DNA of 64,000 bases from Candidatus Eiseniibacteriota bacterium (lineage in GTDB: Bacteria; Eisenbacteria; RBG-16-71-46), in contig CAVSAC010000012.1 of the NCBI GenBank assembly GCA_963725865.1, forward strand, positions 800,001 to 864,000, read 5' to 3'. The position numbers and the translations under genes were made by a program. The notes under the pieces were generated by a model. It saw only the letters and a program-made list of their open reading frames with translations. It ran no database searches and was not told where the DNA came from. Every line of letters starts with the position of its first letter. The stretch's first letter is position 1. Shown in pieces: positions 62,363 through 64,000 of this stretch.

Positions 62363-62484
62363 GTTAGATCGCTTCCAAGAGTGCGGCCGCGTGAGTTCCG
62401 GTCATCGCTATCGCGTCGTGAGATCCGGCCATCGCTTTGATGCTGTTCAACATGCGGCGCTGTGTCCGACGGTCTCGCGGTGTG

Positions 62485-62500
62485 TGGCATGCGAGGTGCA
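62485..62500 (+). promoter_or_regulatory. sigma54 -24/-12 promoter
   Basis: TGGCATGCGAGGTGCA has exact GG-N10-GC spacing, about 210 bp downstream of a sigma54 activator gene. Confidence 0.75.
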
Positions 62501-62636
62501 TGTATCCACGGCGAGGCCACGCGGGGCACTCGGGAGCCCCGTTGAAGGCCGCCCGGCCGCATATGGCGGCGCCCAATGAGACGACTGGCCTGACGGTCGG
62601 TCGAACGGAAGCTGAATCGCAAGGAGGTGATCCGGA

Positions 62637-62705
62637 ATGGCTGCCAAGAAGAAGGCTGCGAAGAAGAAGGCCACGAAGAAGAAGGCTGCGAAGAAGAAGA
62701 AGTAA
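62637..62705 (+). CDS. 22-aa lysine-rich histone-H1-like microprotein MAAKKKAAKKKATKKKAAKKKK
   Basis: Full-length SD AAGGAGGTGA (62621-62630), ATG 6 nt later, all 13 Lys encoded by AAG, TAA stop, strong downstream hairpin. Confidence 0.8.
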   Translation: MAAKKKAAKKKATKKKAAKKKK

Positions 62706-62734
62706 CTGCAGCGACAACTGGACCTGGCACGTCC

Positions 62735-62769
62735 TCGGGGATCGACTGACGCGAGTCGTCGATCCCCGA
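62735..62769 (+). terminator. strong hairpin downstream of the microprotein
   Basis: 12-bp stem tcggggatcgac/gtcgatccccga plus 3 further bp and a GCGA tetraloop; weak U-tract. Confidence 0.6.
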
Positions 62770-63038
62770 ATGTTGACCCTCCGCTCGCGTCCCCCGCGCG
62801 AGGGCGAGGGGAGCTCCGTCGAATTTGATCCCGGAGCGCTCCCCGCTGGGGTCGCGACCGGCACCAGCCGGCTCTGCGACGAAGCAGAGCTGGGGGTCGC
62901 CAGGGCAGGCGAGGAACCTCAGTTCTCTAGCATGCGGCTCACCCACGGATGGGCGAGCCGCATGCGCTTTTCGCCCTCGCCGCGTGTGCTACGGTGCTCG
63001 TCCACGGCCGTTCCCGCTCACCCCATCCCGAGCCCACG

Positions 63039-64000
63039 TTGAACGACGCCCCGTTCCCGCCGGATGTGATCGCCATCCGCGGAGCCCGCCAGCACAATCT
63101 GCGGAATCTCGACCTCGACTTGCCCCGCGGCCGTCTCACCGTCATCACCGGGGTCTCGGGGTCGGGCAAGTCCTCGCTCGCATTCGACACGCTCTATGCC
63201 GAGGGCCAACGCCGCTACGTCGAGTCGGTGTCGGCCTACGCGCGACAGTTCCTCGAACGGTTGGCGCGTCCCGACGTGGACCTGATTCACGGGCTCACGC
63301 CCGCGGTGGCCATCCAGCAGGCTGCTCCCGCGCGCAGTGCGCGCTCGACCGTCGGGACCGCGACCGAGGTGTTCGACCACCTGCGACTGCTGTTCGCGCG
63401 CCTGGGCACCGTGCACTGCACGGCCTGCGATCACGTGGTGCGGGCGGACGACCCGAGCTCGATCGCCCGCGAGGCCGAGGAGTGGGCGGCCGGCGAATCG
63501 CTGCTGGTCCTGGCCCCGGTCGCGCGCTCGGAACGACTGGCGTGGGAACAGCAGGCGGCCGACCTGTTGCGCGCGGGCTTCACGCGCATCCATGTCGCGG
63601 GGGAGATCACTTCGCTGGAACCGCTGCCCCGGTTGCCGCGCGGGACCGACTTGGTGCAGGTCGTGATCGACCGCTTCACCTGGCGTCCCGATGAGCGCGC
63701 GCGTCTGGTGGAGAGCTGCGAGGCGGCGTTCCGCCGCGGAGAAGGGCGGCTCGAACTGGTCCATGGCGCGGGCGCGCCCGAGCGTCGGAGCGAGCGCTGG
63801 GAATGTTCCGCCTGCGGCACGGCCGCGCTGCGCCCCGAGCCCGCGCTGTTCTCGTTCAACAGCCCGCTCGGCGTCTGCCCCACCTGCCGTGGATTCGGGG
63901 ACGTGCTCACGTTCGCGCCCGACCTGATCGTGCCGGACCCCACGCGCACGCTGCGCCAGGGCGCGCTCGACCCGTGGGCCCGGTCCTGGCGCTCGGTGGC
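63039..64000 (+). CDS. uvrA: excinuclease ABC subunit A (5' part; runs off the window)
   Basis: IRGARQHNLRNLDL..ITGVSGSGKSSLAFDTLYAEGQRRYVES; zinc-finger CxxC; FSFNSPLGVCPTC. Absent from the ORF track because it is truncated. Start is TTG 63039 or GTG 63066. Confidence 0.95.
   Translation, partial: MNDAPFPPDVIAIRGARQHNLRNLDLDLPRGRLTVITGVSGSGKSSLAFDTLYAEGQRRYVESVSAYARQFLERLARPDVDLIHGLTPAVAIQQAAPARSARSTVGTATEVFDHLRLLFARLGTVHCTACDHVVRADDPSSIAREAEEWAAGESLLVLAPVARSERLAWEQQAADLLRAGFTRIHVAGEITSLEPLPRLPRGTDLVQVVIDRFTWRPDERARLVESCEAAFRRGEGRLELVHGAGAPERRSERWECSACGTAALRPEPALFSFNSPLGVCPTCRGFGDVLTFAPDLIVPDPTRTLRQGALDPWARSWRSV

Noticed and set aside
62437..63042. 201-aa ORF with a poly-Arg stretch overlapping the microprotein
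   Set aside because: No SD, it starts upstream of the sigma54 promoter and has atypical codons; the Lys frame has the full SD and preferred codons.

Overview
Very GC-rich bacterial chromosomal window with no rRNA, tRNA or CRISPR array. The gene content suggests a diderm lineage; Ca. Eisenbacteria-like is an unverified guess. The middle is mostly housekeeping genes (valS, uvrB-nadC-birA-tatC-coaX, dapE-dapC-dapD, folB-folK-dNK-panB-panC, tatA, partial uvrA), secreted peptidases and glycan genes. The two ends are more interesting. Each carries an NtrB/NtrC-type two-component pair followed by a correctly spaced sigma54 (-24/-12) promoter. The left promoter (2967-2982) precedes a coupled operon: single-domain receiver, stand-alone sigma region-4 protein, small helical protein, FlhG/MinD ATPase, FliA/WhiG sigma28, HisKA-only protein, degenerate GGDEF protein with an intact I-site, and a hybrid kinase. 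No flagellar genes lie nearby, and 5 of these 8 proteins end in -AA, resembling ClpXP degrons. The right promoter (62485-62500) precedes an unannotated 22-aa lysine-rich histone-H1-like microprotein inside a structured transcript. A near-consensus sigma28 promoter (30564-30590, minus strand) precedes a cell-envelope glycan operon. Together these suggest, by inference, a non-flagellar sigma54-to-sigma28 developmental or cell-cycle cascade.
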